This document shows, one piece after another, positions 52,130 through 64,000 of a stretch of DNA of 64,000 nucleotides (the first letter of the stretch is position 1; every line of letters starts with the position of its first letter). The DNA comes from Camelus dromedarius (Eukaryota), in the NCBI RefSeq assembly GCF_036321535.1, contig NC_087436.1, positions 22,570,001 through 22,634,000 on the forward strand. The letters run 5' to 3'. The position numbers were made by a program, and so were the translations under genes. Below the pieces are notes generated by a model. The model searched no databases and was not told where the DNA came from. It was given only the letters and a program-made list of their open reading frames with translations.

Positions 52130-53060
52130 AAGAACAAACATATAAGCAAAACAACACCTTGAAGAAATTAAGAAACAGAATAATGGGGTTAAAATCCTCA
52201 CTGGAGTCATTAGAACAGAATTGATGCCAAACAAGTCAAATCAGTGATGTTAGCAAAAAACTTCAAAACTTCCCCTTCTTAGGGGAAGAAATCATGGAAA
52301 TGATAAATATGATAACATGTGAGAAACAGAGAGAAGAGATCCAATGTGTTGATAAAAAGATGTTCTATAAAAGAAAACAAACCAAGTAGGAGAGAAACGA
52401 TAACTGAAGACACAATAGAAGCTTCTCTAGATAGGAAAGACCAGAGTCCGTTGTGTTCCAGGAAAAATTAATAAATAAATTATTTTAAATTACAAGTATA
52501 AAGAGTAGTATGCTCTTTTGGCTATTAAATTCCAGTAAAGAAGAGAATAATGTCTATAGAGATCTGAGATTACAAGATTGGGAACACAGAATTCAAAATC
52601 AGGCCAAGATTTCATTCATGGGTGATAGTAACAAAAAATATTTTATATGTGCAAAACCTCCAAAAAATATAATACTCATGCACCTCTCATGAATGAAAGA
52701 AACAAAACAAAACCTCATGGATGTACTTCATCCAATTAGGAGTTTAATCATGATCCAGGTCTCTAAAATGAGGAAGAACTTACGAATTGGTGAGTATTGA
52801 GCAATGAAACTGATTACAAGTATGCAAAGAATTTTTTAAAGTGTCTTCAGAAAATTCTTAAATTTAAAGTGAAAATTCAAAAATATTCGTATAGTTAAAA
52901 CTTGATGTTGAAAATTCATAATCAGGGTCTATAATATCGGATAAAAAGAACAAAAGAATAGTAAACAGAAATAGGGGATGGGTGTGTCATAGGGAAATAA
53001 GGGAACATATGTTAAATTCCTGATTTTAAAACAATTACACAAAACTTATTATTTTTCCTG
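52130..53060 (+). mobile_element. Very old L1/HAL1-like ORF1-region remnant
   Basis: A-rich tract with decayed ORF1-like motifs (gagaagagatccaat, aggccaagatttcattcatg). No intact frame. Confidence 0.4.
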
Positions 53061-53515
53061 GCTGTCATAGTTAGAGAGCCAAATGGATTATTTTCTTTTT
53101 GAATTATTTAAAATAATTATTTATCTTATTAAATACAGGCTGCCTACCTTCTGAATCTTTATAGAAAATGAAAGCAAATTAAACTTGAAACGCCAAAGAT
53201 TTTCTAGACTGCTGAATATAAATAAACTTTTTTTTTTTAAATTTTCAAACTGTGTTGCATGGAGTACTTGGTGCTTCCTGGTCCACAGCTAGCATCAGAG
53301 GAAGCAGGAGGGGGCGAGCGGGAAAATCTGCAGCTGAGTTCTCCTGCCTCTGTCTGATGAAGCAGAGCGGGCCTAAGGGGTTTACACATGGGGTTTACTT
53401 TTGAGTTAGAGATCCACTGTTCCATTGGTGAACATGGCTTGAGAGACGTGCTCTACATTACAATTCTGCTGAGCTCTCACTGGCCAGATTAAGAGAAAAA
53501 CCATTTGTTCACAGA

Positions 53516-54412
53516 CAAGGTGGGCTTCATGCAGGTGGGACCAGTGTGGTCCCAGGAGGCTCAAGCTCAGAAGGGCCCTGTGCTTGGGATTCAATGCTCT
53601 TTGGTCACTACCTTAAAATTCCTAGTAATTTTATCTTTGAATTTGCATGTTGTAAGTGCAGTCAATAAACAGTGGAGCAGGTACTGAGGGCTTGGAGTCT
53701 CAGCTCACAAGTAGTCCTGCTCAGAGGCAGCCCTGATTCCCACCCCTTCCTGCCTTCCCCGGATAGGTTCTCCACAGCCCATCCCTGCCCCACACCCTGT
53801 CTTCCCATTTTTCTTACTTCCTTTCTCGACCCAGCAATTGCTGTGTGCTCTGCCTCCTCTGGGGGCCTGAATGAGGATGTGGGGAGGTCCAGTGGGGCAG
53901 GCGCCCTGCAGCGTCTCAGGGCAGACTTGGCAGTGGCTATAGGCGAGCACGCGCCTCTGGATGTTCGTTCAGTGGGTCACTAGGCAAAGGTGTTTGCTGT
54001 CCTCTCCGTCCTGATAATGGACTTAACCAGATATTAAAGTTCTTTTTTTAAGCCATCTCCAGCCACAGTGAGTTGGGTGGCAGGTCATGGGAAGGGAAGA
54101 TTTACTTCCTTGCCTCCAACTGGGACATGATGCTGTGCAGGGATGGCTGTGGGGAGGAGGAGCCCTGCAGATGGTGGTGTGCTCGCCAAACCATGGGGTG
54201 CCTGTGAGCATCTGTACCCAGTGAGTAACCCCACACCAAGAGTTCAACAGTGGACAGCAAATAATACACCATGACACACTGAGAGAGGCCCAGGAAGAAA
54301 GGAAAAAGCTCTACATTTAATGCATTTAGTGGCATTATTTTCCTGGCTTTTGAATGAGGACCATGCATTTTCATTTCACACTGGGCCCTTGCAAATCATG
54401 TAGCTGGCCCTG
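53516..54412 (+). mobile_element. Near full-length MER45C-like hAT-Tip100 DNA transposon fossil
   Basis: Degenerate TIRs caaggtgggcttcat ... atgtagctggccctg, subterminal gctcagaagggccctgtgcttgg and gcattttcatttcacactgggccc, degenerate 8-bp TSD ttcacaga/tgcagaga. Confidence 0.85.
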
Positions 54413-56124
54413 TGCAGAGATTTTCCTTTTTAGACTGACTGTGCTGATCATTTCACAATGTATGTCAAACCATTATATTGTGCACCTGAAACTAATATAA
54501 TGTTGAAAGTCAATTATACCTTAAAAAAAGGAATAACTCGTTTCAAGGTGAAGTTAAAAGAAAAAAAGCACGAAAAAATGACCCATCACTACTGCTCACT
54601 GCTGCCAAGAATTCTTTTGTAGTGCTAATAAACATCACTATGAGTTATATATTCTCAGATTTAAATTGTAGTTCAAGTCATAAAAGATTACAGAGAGGGA
54701 AAATAGTTCAATTATTAACTTAAAGATCACACAGTATGTGAGTGGAAGATTCAGTATTTGAATTTTGGTTTAACTGATGGTGAAGTTCATGATTTTCCAA
54801 CAGTTTTTCTTAAGTAGGAGGAAAGATGAATGATAATGTCACAGAAGCCAAAGTATAAGAAGTTACTGAAATTAGAAATTGTCACGTTGAATGTATCAAG
54901 GAATCAGTGAAACAAGAATTGAAAAGAGATTATCCAATTTGAAGAGTAAGGAATTTCAGCAACATGGTGAACTAAGCTAATGCACTCAAGTCCCTCATAC
55001 ATTAGAAATAAATAGAATTGATGGATAAAGTTAATCAAAAATATTTTTAATACAAAGCTGAGCTCAAAAGATAAGGAGGGGAAAAATCCCAAAACACCAT
55101 AAAGAAGACTGAAAGCAAATATCTAATGGGGTGTAGAAATTACTACTGCATTGGGAGTTTGGGTGTTCAGACCCACATTGGCTCTGGGTTTGGAGCTTGG
55201 GTTTTTAATACCCAAGCAGACCATGGAGACAAGAGTTTCAGGCAGGAAGGGCTTCAAAGGGCTGCCCTGTCTTTTGAAAAGGAAGTGAAAAAGCTGTATA
55301 CACTGGATGGGAAAGCAATAAGAGTATTTGCTGTTCCTATGCAGCAATGAAGGAAGGACAAAGGGTCAGTCCTGAGACATCTGGACATATATCACCTCTG
55401 TGGGTGAGAATTCACAACAACAACAACAACAAAATCTGATCCAGAAACATCAGAATCTCCCTGTAGGACACTTTTGTAACCTGCACAGTTAAAACAACTT
55501 TTGAAGAAGAACTGGCAATGAAAAATGAAGCACACCACAAGAATGGAGAGTCTACATACAGGTCAGCCATCGACTAAATTTTCACTCTAAGAAACAGGCC
55601 AGAAAAAATAATTGGAAAGGAACCATCAAGAGACTCTATTAAAAAAGCTTAAAGAGTTTAAAGAAAGGAAGAGAAACTATCATGAAAGAATAGGTAAGTA
55701 TAGAAGATATAAAACAGAACCAAATAAAATTTCTAAAAAGGAAATATAGTCATTAAATTTTATGACAATGTTCCTAGCTTTATTAGGTATAACTTGCAAA
55801 TTAGAAGATTCATCCATTGTAAGGACAGAGCTCAATCATTTTTGCAACCATTACTGCAACCTTGTTTTAGAACATGCCCGCTGCCCCAAATAGCCTTTGA
55901 ATTTTAAAATTGATGCGAAGTCAAATAAAACTCCAGACAAGAAGCATAACCTATATGAGTGAGAGTAAGCAAACCAGTGCTGCCTGTGGTCAAGGCTTGA
56001 GGAGGGCTGAGGTGAGTGTAAAGGAACTTTGTAGCGTGATGGAACGTCCTGTATCTTGGGTGTGGGGGGTTACGGAGAATAGAAAATTGCAGAGCTCATG
56101 GAAATGTGCGCCTAACTAAGAAAG

Positions 56125-56365
56125 AAGTGGCCTAAGTCCTTCTGGGATGTTATGACAAAATACCACAGATTGGGTAGCTTATAAACACCAGAAACTTATT
56201 TCTCACAGTCCTGAAGCCTGGAAATCAAAGATCAGGGTGCCAGCACAGCTAGGACGGCTGAATTCTTGCTGTGTCCTTACCTGGCGGAAGGGGCAAGGGA
56301 GCTCCCTGAGGTCTCTTTTATAAAGGCACGAACCCCACCAGGGAGGCTCCACCCTGAAGAAACAA
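56125..56365 (-). mobile_element. MaLR LTR fragment (MLT1A-like)
   Basis: acaaaataccacagattgggtagcttataaacaccagaaacttatttctcacagtcctgaagcctggaaatcaaagatcagggtgccagca. Confidence 0.85.
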
Positions 56366-58845
56366 TTGTCCAGCTGAGAATGGAAACCACTCAGTTACTA
56401 CCGTGAATCCATAGCAAATTATTTGGGCAGAAATATATTGCTCCTTTAGGTCAATGGAGAGTGAAATTTTAGGGAGATGTTAACAGGTGTTTGGTGATCA
56501 TATTTTTTAACTCCAGGTTTTAAGAGGTAACTTAAAATGATTATCCATCATGGCAAGCAAGATATTCAAGAGGTATATGTGTCAAAATCAAGGAGGGAGG
56601 AGAAAGGGCAAAAGAGAGTTGTCATAAAAATTCGTTTTCTTGCCAGTCTGTGTTTCTTTTCAAAATACTTGAATATAGTCCAGGTAGAAGGATTTTTTTA
56701 AAATATATATTTTTTAATAGGTAGGTGAGCTCCTGCTGTGTGAGAGGAGACTATTTTAGGTGCAGTGGTGAGCACAAATTTAAAAACAAAGTGTTTGCTG
56801 TCAAACATGAAAAGGCAGGTCCCAGGATTTCAGTCCAACAATGTTGAGTGTGAACCGGGGCTCCCTCCATCTTTGAGCAGGACCATGCTCATATTCTTTT
56901 CTGTGGTAACTGGCATTTCTGGACATCAAGACACCCAAGCCAGTCAAAGAGTCTCACCAGCTTCCATAGTCCTCACTGTCCTCTCCAACACTCTTCCGAA
57001 CAAGGGAACCTTTGGGTGTCTGGAGATTGTGGGCCCTGAGCCGATTTTGCTCCGTTAGTGAGAAAGGGCTTGCCCTCATCTTATAGTCCAGAGTCTGTAG
57101 GATGAGTAGCTCCAGCAAATATAAGCACCTTCTCTTCAGCTTTTGTCACTCTCCCTCAGGCAGAGATTGTGGGTTCACGGTGAAACCCAATTGTCATCTC
57201 GTTTTATTTTATTTGGCATACAGAAGTGAAAATTGCTTTTTAACTTCTTTTCAGAGCAAGCGTGTGGGTTTCCTAAACAAGAAGGCCATCAGCCAAAGAA
57301 TTAGCAGATCTGCTCATTTTACATCCAGGTAAACAGTCTATCTTTCAGAAAAATAGTCAGTGGGTTTGGGCCACCTTGTTGAAGAATTCTAAGCATAAGG
57401 TATTTACTCTTCTGTCATCCCATAAGAAGGAAAAGCACCAAACATGTGAGCAGTGTCCCATTACAGGACGATTTCCCTGCCACTCCCACAAAGGGCAAAA
57501 GGAAACAACACAGAGGAATGAAAAAGCAGCTAAGCTGAATATTTAGTGACTCGTGAATGTGACCAAGTATTTGCCTATCTGAATAACAGAGAAAATATTA
57601 AGAGGTATGTGTTCTTTTCAGAAAGAAGGAGAGGGAGGTGGTTCCAATATTAAGAGTTATATTAGGCAAACGTGGTTATATTTAATAATCAACTGATCTG
57701 AACACTTGGATTTTATTAGTTAGTAAACAAATCATTGATTTTATGCCACTCATGCTTTAACTTAGAAATACCTGTTATTCGTTTGAAGGCTTGTTCTGTC
57801 TTGCCTGGTCATGATGTGTGTGTGGGGACACACTTAGGTGTTGAGAAATAAGAAACGGAACTGAGTGGAGAGCTACAGTAACAGAATAGAGACATTGTTT
57901 AGGCAAGGCTACCTATTCCACAAACAAAATCCAGAAGCACAAAACCTACTGTACACTAGACTAGAAATTCAAATTGGAATGTAAACCCCAGCAAAGATTA
58001 AGTCAGAAAGTAAGTCAGGACAGTGAAACAGTTACTACTTTTTAAGCTCATTCTGAAGGTGAAGAAACAGGCTCAGACAGGTTAAGTGACTCACTCAAGT
58101 AGCCAGTCAGAATCTCAAACCTCAAGTCTACGTGACACCAGCTGGGCTTTCTGGTCTCCCTCATGCCTCCATGCACTTGGTAACACAGAGCCAGACAGAG
58201 GTGCCCAGGCGGGGGGCTCACAGTCAGAGCGGCGAGGGGCCCCTGCGAGCCAGGTGTCGGATAGGAGGTTATTCTGTCCTTGTCTAGACAGTGTCAGGCT
58301 GTCTTGAATATACTGGGAGAGAAAACCACGATAACACATTTACACCTCCGTGCCCATGTAAATTTAGCTCCTTTAATCAACTCAGCACACACACAGCTGG
58401 AACTCAGCTCTTCATTCTCACAGAAAGTCAAATATTGCAATTCAGAGTCATCCGTAAGTGTTCTCAGCCTTCACCCTTGGACCTCTCTTCTATTACTCAC
58501 AGTGTTCAATTAAATTACGTTGAGCTGTTAATAGGTTTTATTCTTGTGTCTCTGAATGTACGAAGTCAATTTTGATTTAATAGTTGTTTTCATTCTACAG
58601 CTACTGTAAATTTCCAGCAAGCACATTTTATTGTTATAGAAGGCCCACTGCCACTAATTTAAGGCGTTCCACTCTTTTGCTTCAATTTTTAGTACCTTTA
58701 ATTCAAAAAATGTATTAGACGATCTATTTTCGCAGAAAATGCCACTCTACTCCACTAACAATGGTTTTATGATTACCATAGCTAAGATTTGTCTGTATCT
58801 TAGAATTAGAAAGGAATTTAGGGAATTTAGAAATCATCCATCTCT

Positions 58846-58985
58846 TTTGTTTGTCTTTTGTTTTTGTTTGTTTGTTTTGGGGGAAGTAATAAGGTATTTA
58901 TTTATTTTGATGGAGGTACTGGGGATTGAACCCAGGACCTTGTGCATGCTAGATGCGCACTCTACCACTCAGCTATACCCTCCCC
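58846..58985 (-). mobile_element. tRNA-Ala-derived SINE (vic-1-like) with 18-bp TSD
   Basis: Reverse complement reads ggggagggtatagctgagtggtagagtgcgcatctagcatgcacaaggtcctgggttcaatccccagtacctccat. TSD TAGAAATCA(T/A)CCATCTCT at 58828-58845 and 58986-59003. Confidence 0.95.
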
Positions 58986-60566
58986 TAGAAATCAACCATC
59001 TCTGCCTGCATTTTACATGAAAGGAATGGAATATGAAAGCACTTAAACAATGTGGCCAAGGTCACACTATAGCAGCCAGGATAAACATCCAGCACTTGCA
59101 GCTACAGACCACTGCTCCAACCTACCATGGCTCTTATGCTGCCAAAGATCAGACTGATCACATTAGAGAAGCTGCCAGAACCATGTTAATGTACTAAGAT
59201 ATTTCCGTCATACTCAGACTACACTTAAAAATATATAGTTTTTAATTAGGGGAAAGACCTGATAAATATGACAATTCATTACCAAAAATGCAAAATAAAC
59301 TCAATTCTATTCTAATCAATCAGATTCATTAGTCAAAATCATTCACAACATGAAAATGTGAGAAGACCTAAAGGCCTGCTCTGAGACGGGCTCTCTGCTT
59401 TGGCTGCAGTGAACGAGGTTGAACCCTTCTGCATGATGAGAAATGAATAAAAGAAATACAGGAGGTGATATTCTTCTCAGGGGACATTCAGAACTATTTT
59501 CTACTTATGACGGTGCTGCAAAATGCCTGTCATTTCTGTCTCACAGATGGGAGCTGAGGTTTGGTTCTATGACAGGTGGAGCTGCCAAGAAGTGGGGGGG
59601 GGGACGCTTCTTGGCAGGGTGAGCAGGATCGGAGGGAGGCCAGGAGAGTCTCCCCCTAGTTTCCTTCTGCCCTTGGGTAAGCCAGTCTCCTCTCATGCCT
59701 TCCTTCCACCTGCTGTAAAATGAGGGTGGTGGCCTAAATGAATTTTAAGTTTCATTCCAAAGGTAACAGACCAGAATCCAAGTCTCTTAGTGCCTAATCT
59801 CTGTAACTCCACAGCACTGCATATAGTCAATATAACATGGGAAGCCTCTTCTTGAACAAAGCTAAAGGATACTATGTGCTTTGAATGTGGACCCAATAGT
59901 GAAGAAGACGGAAACGGATGCTTTGCTAAATCTGAGGCTCTGTGGGAGACCAATTCATGCTCTGGAGATCTAAGGCATGTGGTCTGGATCCACGTGTGTA
60001 TAGATGTTACTAGCGGTCACGACTCGGAGGAGAGAAGGGACAGGAAAAATATAACCTCATATATGTTAGATCATTACTGTGCTACTCTGGAAAAATTTCC
60101 CCCCAATCTGCTAAAAGTGCTACCTTCCCTAAATCAGCTATGCTATTCAAGTTTATCAAAACGGGATCTGTGCCAAGTCTGTCCTAACTACCAAATGGGT
60201 GGTGAACATTAGCTGGCGCAGCGACCGAGGGGTGTAGATCTCGATGCTTCCACGGTGGGTCAGATGGGGTAAGAAGGCAACCAGCCAGTTCTTCTCCTTT
60301 CACTTTTAATTGGATCAATTCCTAAGGTTTCTGCCTTCCAACTGTCTCATCACTGAGCTCGTCCCAAGGAATGTTGGCTGGATTTGCTATGGGAAATGAG
60401 GAGAGAAGGTCCAAGCCAAAAAAAAAAATTCTTTTTTTTCTTGACTTAAATTCCACTTTCAGCATCAACAAGCCATGAAGAGCACAGACTTTCGTTTATG
60501 TCCCTTAGGGTCAACATGTTTTCATTTATTTAAGTTTTGTTTAAAGATCACAGAACACAGAGAGAC

Positions 60567-60570
60567 TGTG

Positions 60571-60606
<36 letters not shown>

Positions 60607-60619
60607 TGCGTGTGTGTGT
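60567..60619. repeat. (GT)n microsatellite
   Basis: Direct reading: interrupted TG repeat of about 50 bp. Confidence 0.95.
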
Positions 60620-61421
60620 TGCTCTCTTTCACAGATCTGCATTACTCACTAAAATCCAATTTCTTGGTGACATAATGTTAAAATCCAAAATTTAAAATTT
60701 TCTCAAGTTTAAATTCATCATACATTACTATGTCTTAACACAGAGTAGATTTCCAGTAATTAGCTACTGCTTGATTGAGGAGTAAATACATAATCATAGA
60801 GTAAAATATTATGCTCTGAAAAGTTTATCTCATTACATTTTAAGGAAGTTAACAAAATGGGAGAAAAAAATGAACATCTTTTAATTAAAAAACTGTAACT
60901 TTCTCTTTCTTTTTTGTCCTAGTCTCATTTGTTTCTACAAACAGAAAAATAACTAAGGGGTCAAGAGGTCAAGTGTGAGGAATAGAAAGGATGTGGAAGT
61001 TCGCTTGTCCAAGCAGGGACAAAGGGTGACAGTTCATGAAAGAGGAGCACTTGGGAGACATCAGCCTCAGGGAGCGCAAAGCAATCCAGCATATCGGCAG
61101 TGCGTGCGGGCAGACCGCGGGCTGCACAGCTGCCAGGCTGTTTAAATTTGGCCTCATCTCAACCACATTTGGGCAATTCCATGTTAGCAAGTGTGGTCAG
61201 TTGTTTGTTTCTCATTTAAAATTTTTTTCTGTAGAGTATCTATATTAGGGAGAGCTGGTCTGAATATAATTTCACTCAATTTACACATCAGTCTCCCCTC
61301 CTTTATAACTTTTTTAAACAATTTCCATTCCATTAAATTGAACTCAGCAATATTTGTCACTGATGTAAACAGTCTTTGAAAACATTAATTTCTAGTATCA
61401 GTGAGTAACATAAGCAGCTTT

Positions 61422-61930
61422 TTTTTGCTTTCCATCCATGTAACTTTATGTTTTATACAATTTTTGAAGGTTACAGTCCATTTACAATTGTTACAAGACA
61501 CTGGCTCTATTTCCCATGTTGTACAATGCATCCTAGTGGCCTATCTCACACCCAGTAGTTTGTACCTCCCACTCCCCCACTCCATACAGCCCCTCCTCCC
61601 CGCCCCACTGGGAACCACTGGTTTGTTCTCTGTATCTGTGAGGCTGCTGCTTTTTTTGTTATATTCACTAGTTTGTTGTATTTTTCAGATTCCACATATA
61701 AGTAATATCATCCAGTATTTGTCTTCTCTGTCTGACTTATTTCACTTAGCATAATGCCTTCCAAGTCCATCCAAGTTGCTGCAAATGGCAAAGTTTTGTT
61801 CTTTTTTTTGTGGCTGAGTATTATTCCATTTTATATATCTATATATATATCACATCTTTTTTATCTATTCATCTATCGAAGGACACTTATGTTGCTGCTA
61901 TACCTTGGCAACTGTAAATAGTGCTGTTAT
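61422..61930 (-). mobile_element. 5'-truncated L1 3' end with degenerate 15-bp TSD
   Basis: Antisense homologue of 37330-37780 (ttcactagtttgttgtatttttcagattccacatataagt). TSD aacataagcagcttt at 61407-61421 and aatagaagcagcttt at 61931-61945 (13/15). Confidence 0.9.
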
Positions 61931-64000
61931 AATAGAAGCAGCTTTAAAACAGATTTTCAAAGGGGAGTTATGACTTCCTAATGCAGACCATCTGTATTAT
62001 CCTGATCAGCATGGGCTAGAAACTCAGATCTCTTCAATATAAAACATGGACTTAAAAGTCTTCAGACTCAAGATTTTCAACACCTTCACATCCAAATGAA
62101 ATTAACTGAAGGACCGGTCTGATGGACTGGACACAAACAAGCCTTTCAGAAAGCAAACAGGATGGTGGGATGATACCTGGTGGCTATTTTTGCTGCACAA
62201 CCTCCTAGCACAGGAGCCCTTGAGACTGATTTCAAAGTTAAACGCAGTACTCATTTACTGCTGTCTTCTCTGGGATCTTTTCCTGCACAGGAGAGTGTGT
62301 GCAAAGACAGGGAAGGGAGGGAGGGAAAAAAAATAACACTGTCAAAACTTACTGTCTGCCAGGAGCTGTAATAACCTGAAGAAAAGTCCAGTGTTTCCAC
62401 TTTGTTAGTAGCTCTAGCAGATTTCACATGCAAGTCTAAGGGCCTAACTCTGTGATAGGTTTCCATACGTGTCAGTGGTTCACACTTGCGTTTGCAGGGA
62501 CTGTGGTAACTGATCTCTTGTTGCCTGTCCAGTAACAGATGTGTACTCCAAAGTTCCATTCCATTATAAGTAAGTTGCTCACATCTCAAGGGGCAACAGA
62601 GAAGTTTCGGTCTTTTTCTGCTTTCATTTTTACTCTATTCCAAGAACATCCTTTTTCAAGAGAATTCTTTAAATTTTAATGAGGTGGGCAAACTGTCCCT
62701 AAATTTACTGTTCAGCTCCACATTTCTGTGCTAATGCTTTGGGGGACGTAAACATTCACACAAATGGTTATTATTTCTTTTTATCAGTAACATTCTCTTT
62801 CCTAAGAAGTGAAGAAATTGAGGAGAGCAGTAACTCATTATATCTGGTGGTGAACAGACAGCGAGTGGCTTCCAATGTGGCTCTGAACCGTTTTGATTGC
62901 TCAGTGTCCCAGGACAGATCATAGACTTTGGAGTTTGTTGCTGTTATTTTCTGCGTGTTTTAGGGACGAGGGAGCTTTATTTCATTTTTTCTCTAAGCTC
63001 TATTTGAGATACAGAGGGTAGCTAACCCTTGTCACAGGCTATTAGTAAAAATCCCCACTGATTTTTAACTCCAATCTAATGCTACCTATTCCTTTGAGAA
63101 AATACACACTTTTAATAATAATTATCATAACCAGAAACTCTGCTAACACATTATATATACTTCATTTATAATCCTTGCAAATAACCTAAGGCAAGTGTGT
63201 TATTTGATGCACTTGGTTTTGTCCACTGCTATGTCCCCAGTAACTTGTGCAGCACCTGCTTGGTATTGCTTGATGAGCATTTGGTCCATGATTGAATGAA
63301 TGATGAAACAAAGGCATGGAGAGTTTGGTTTTCCCAAGGGTTGCACACCTGGTAAGTCCAGGAGTAGGAATTCAAGCCCAGCTCTGTTTGAGTTTAGAGC
63401 CTGAGGCAGAACTGCCTCAAGCTAATGTGCTCAAATAACAAGATGCTACAATATGCCTCTGTTAGCCATTCCAGAATCTCGAGAATACTCTAAGGAAGTA
63501 TTTTCTTTGTTTTCTTTGGGTTTTTTTTTTCCCCTCCAATCAAAATTTCTTATGCTATAGTTGAGACACTATTTCTTTTGTTCTGTTTATAGTGGAAACA
63601 CAGAAATCCCATCTTCCAGGATTCTCTTCTTCAAGGTATATGGGAATAACAGGACAGTTGTACTTAAGTTTTACAGATTGAGTCATGCACTACAGGAATT
63701 TACTTCCCAAAGATATTTTGTGGTGAATAATTCCCTGAATTACATGGAGATTTTTTTCTTTGTAATCTTGATGCCCAAGTCATATATCAAGCCAATTAAG
63801 TCTTAAGCCCTGAGTAGAGGACCAAGGCATCAGTATGTTTTTGGAGTTTCCCCAGTGATTACAATATGGGGCCAAGTTGGAGAAATACTGCCTTGGAAAA
63901 AGAAGCAATCCACTGTCGTCTCTTCTCAGATGAATGCTGTTTTTCCCTCATCCACGTCTTCCCCCAAATAACCCCTAGTTTCCTTAACCTTTTCCCCTGA

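Noticed and set aside
53672..54374. GC-rich region with several ORFs as a CpG island or promoter
   Set aside because: It lies wholly inside the MER45C-like transposon fossil and CpG density is low.
1..64000. The many 60-185 aa ORFs in the six-frame track as host genes
   Set aside because: Most start at non-ATG codons, overlap repeats, have low-complexity F/L/I/S-rich composition and show no recognisable domain. The only recognisable peptides are L1 ORF1p/ORF2p remnants.

Overview
Eukaryotic, AT-rich, CpG-depleted, repeat-dense non-coding DNA (intergenic or deep intronic) from a placental mammal. It is most likely a camelid, because it carries tRNA-Ala-derived SINEs of the vic-1 type and L1 3' ends of the type I recall from alpaca/camel; that assignment is from memory, not a search. 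I could not support any host protein-coding exon, rRNA, genuine tRNA or CRISPR array. The only ORFs in the supplied track with recognisable products are broken LINE-1 ORF1/ORF2 fragments. The window is a mosaic of L1, L2, MIR, MaLR/ERV solo LTRs, hAT DNA-transposon fossils, SINEs and microsatellites. I did not find a convincing new biological system. The items most worth a second look are mechanistic scars visible directly in the sequence: a 34-bp locally templated insertion flanked by a direct repeat (4.4-4.8 kb), a 128-bp 90%-identical dispersed duplication (7.3/8.8 kb), a perfect 26-bp inverted repeat around an AT-rich spacer (9.9-10.0 kb), a young L1 with a variant polyA signal and a probable short 3' transduction, and several inverted or nested L1 insertions. 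Repeat family names are from recalled consensus sequences, and boundaries without TSDs are approximate.
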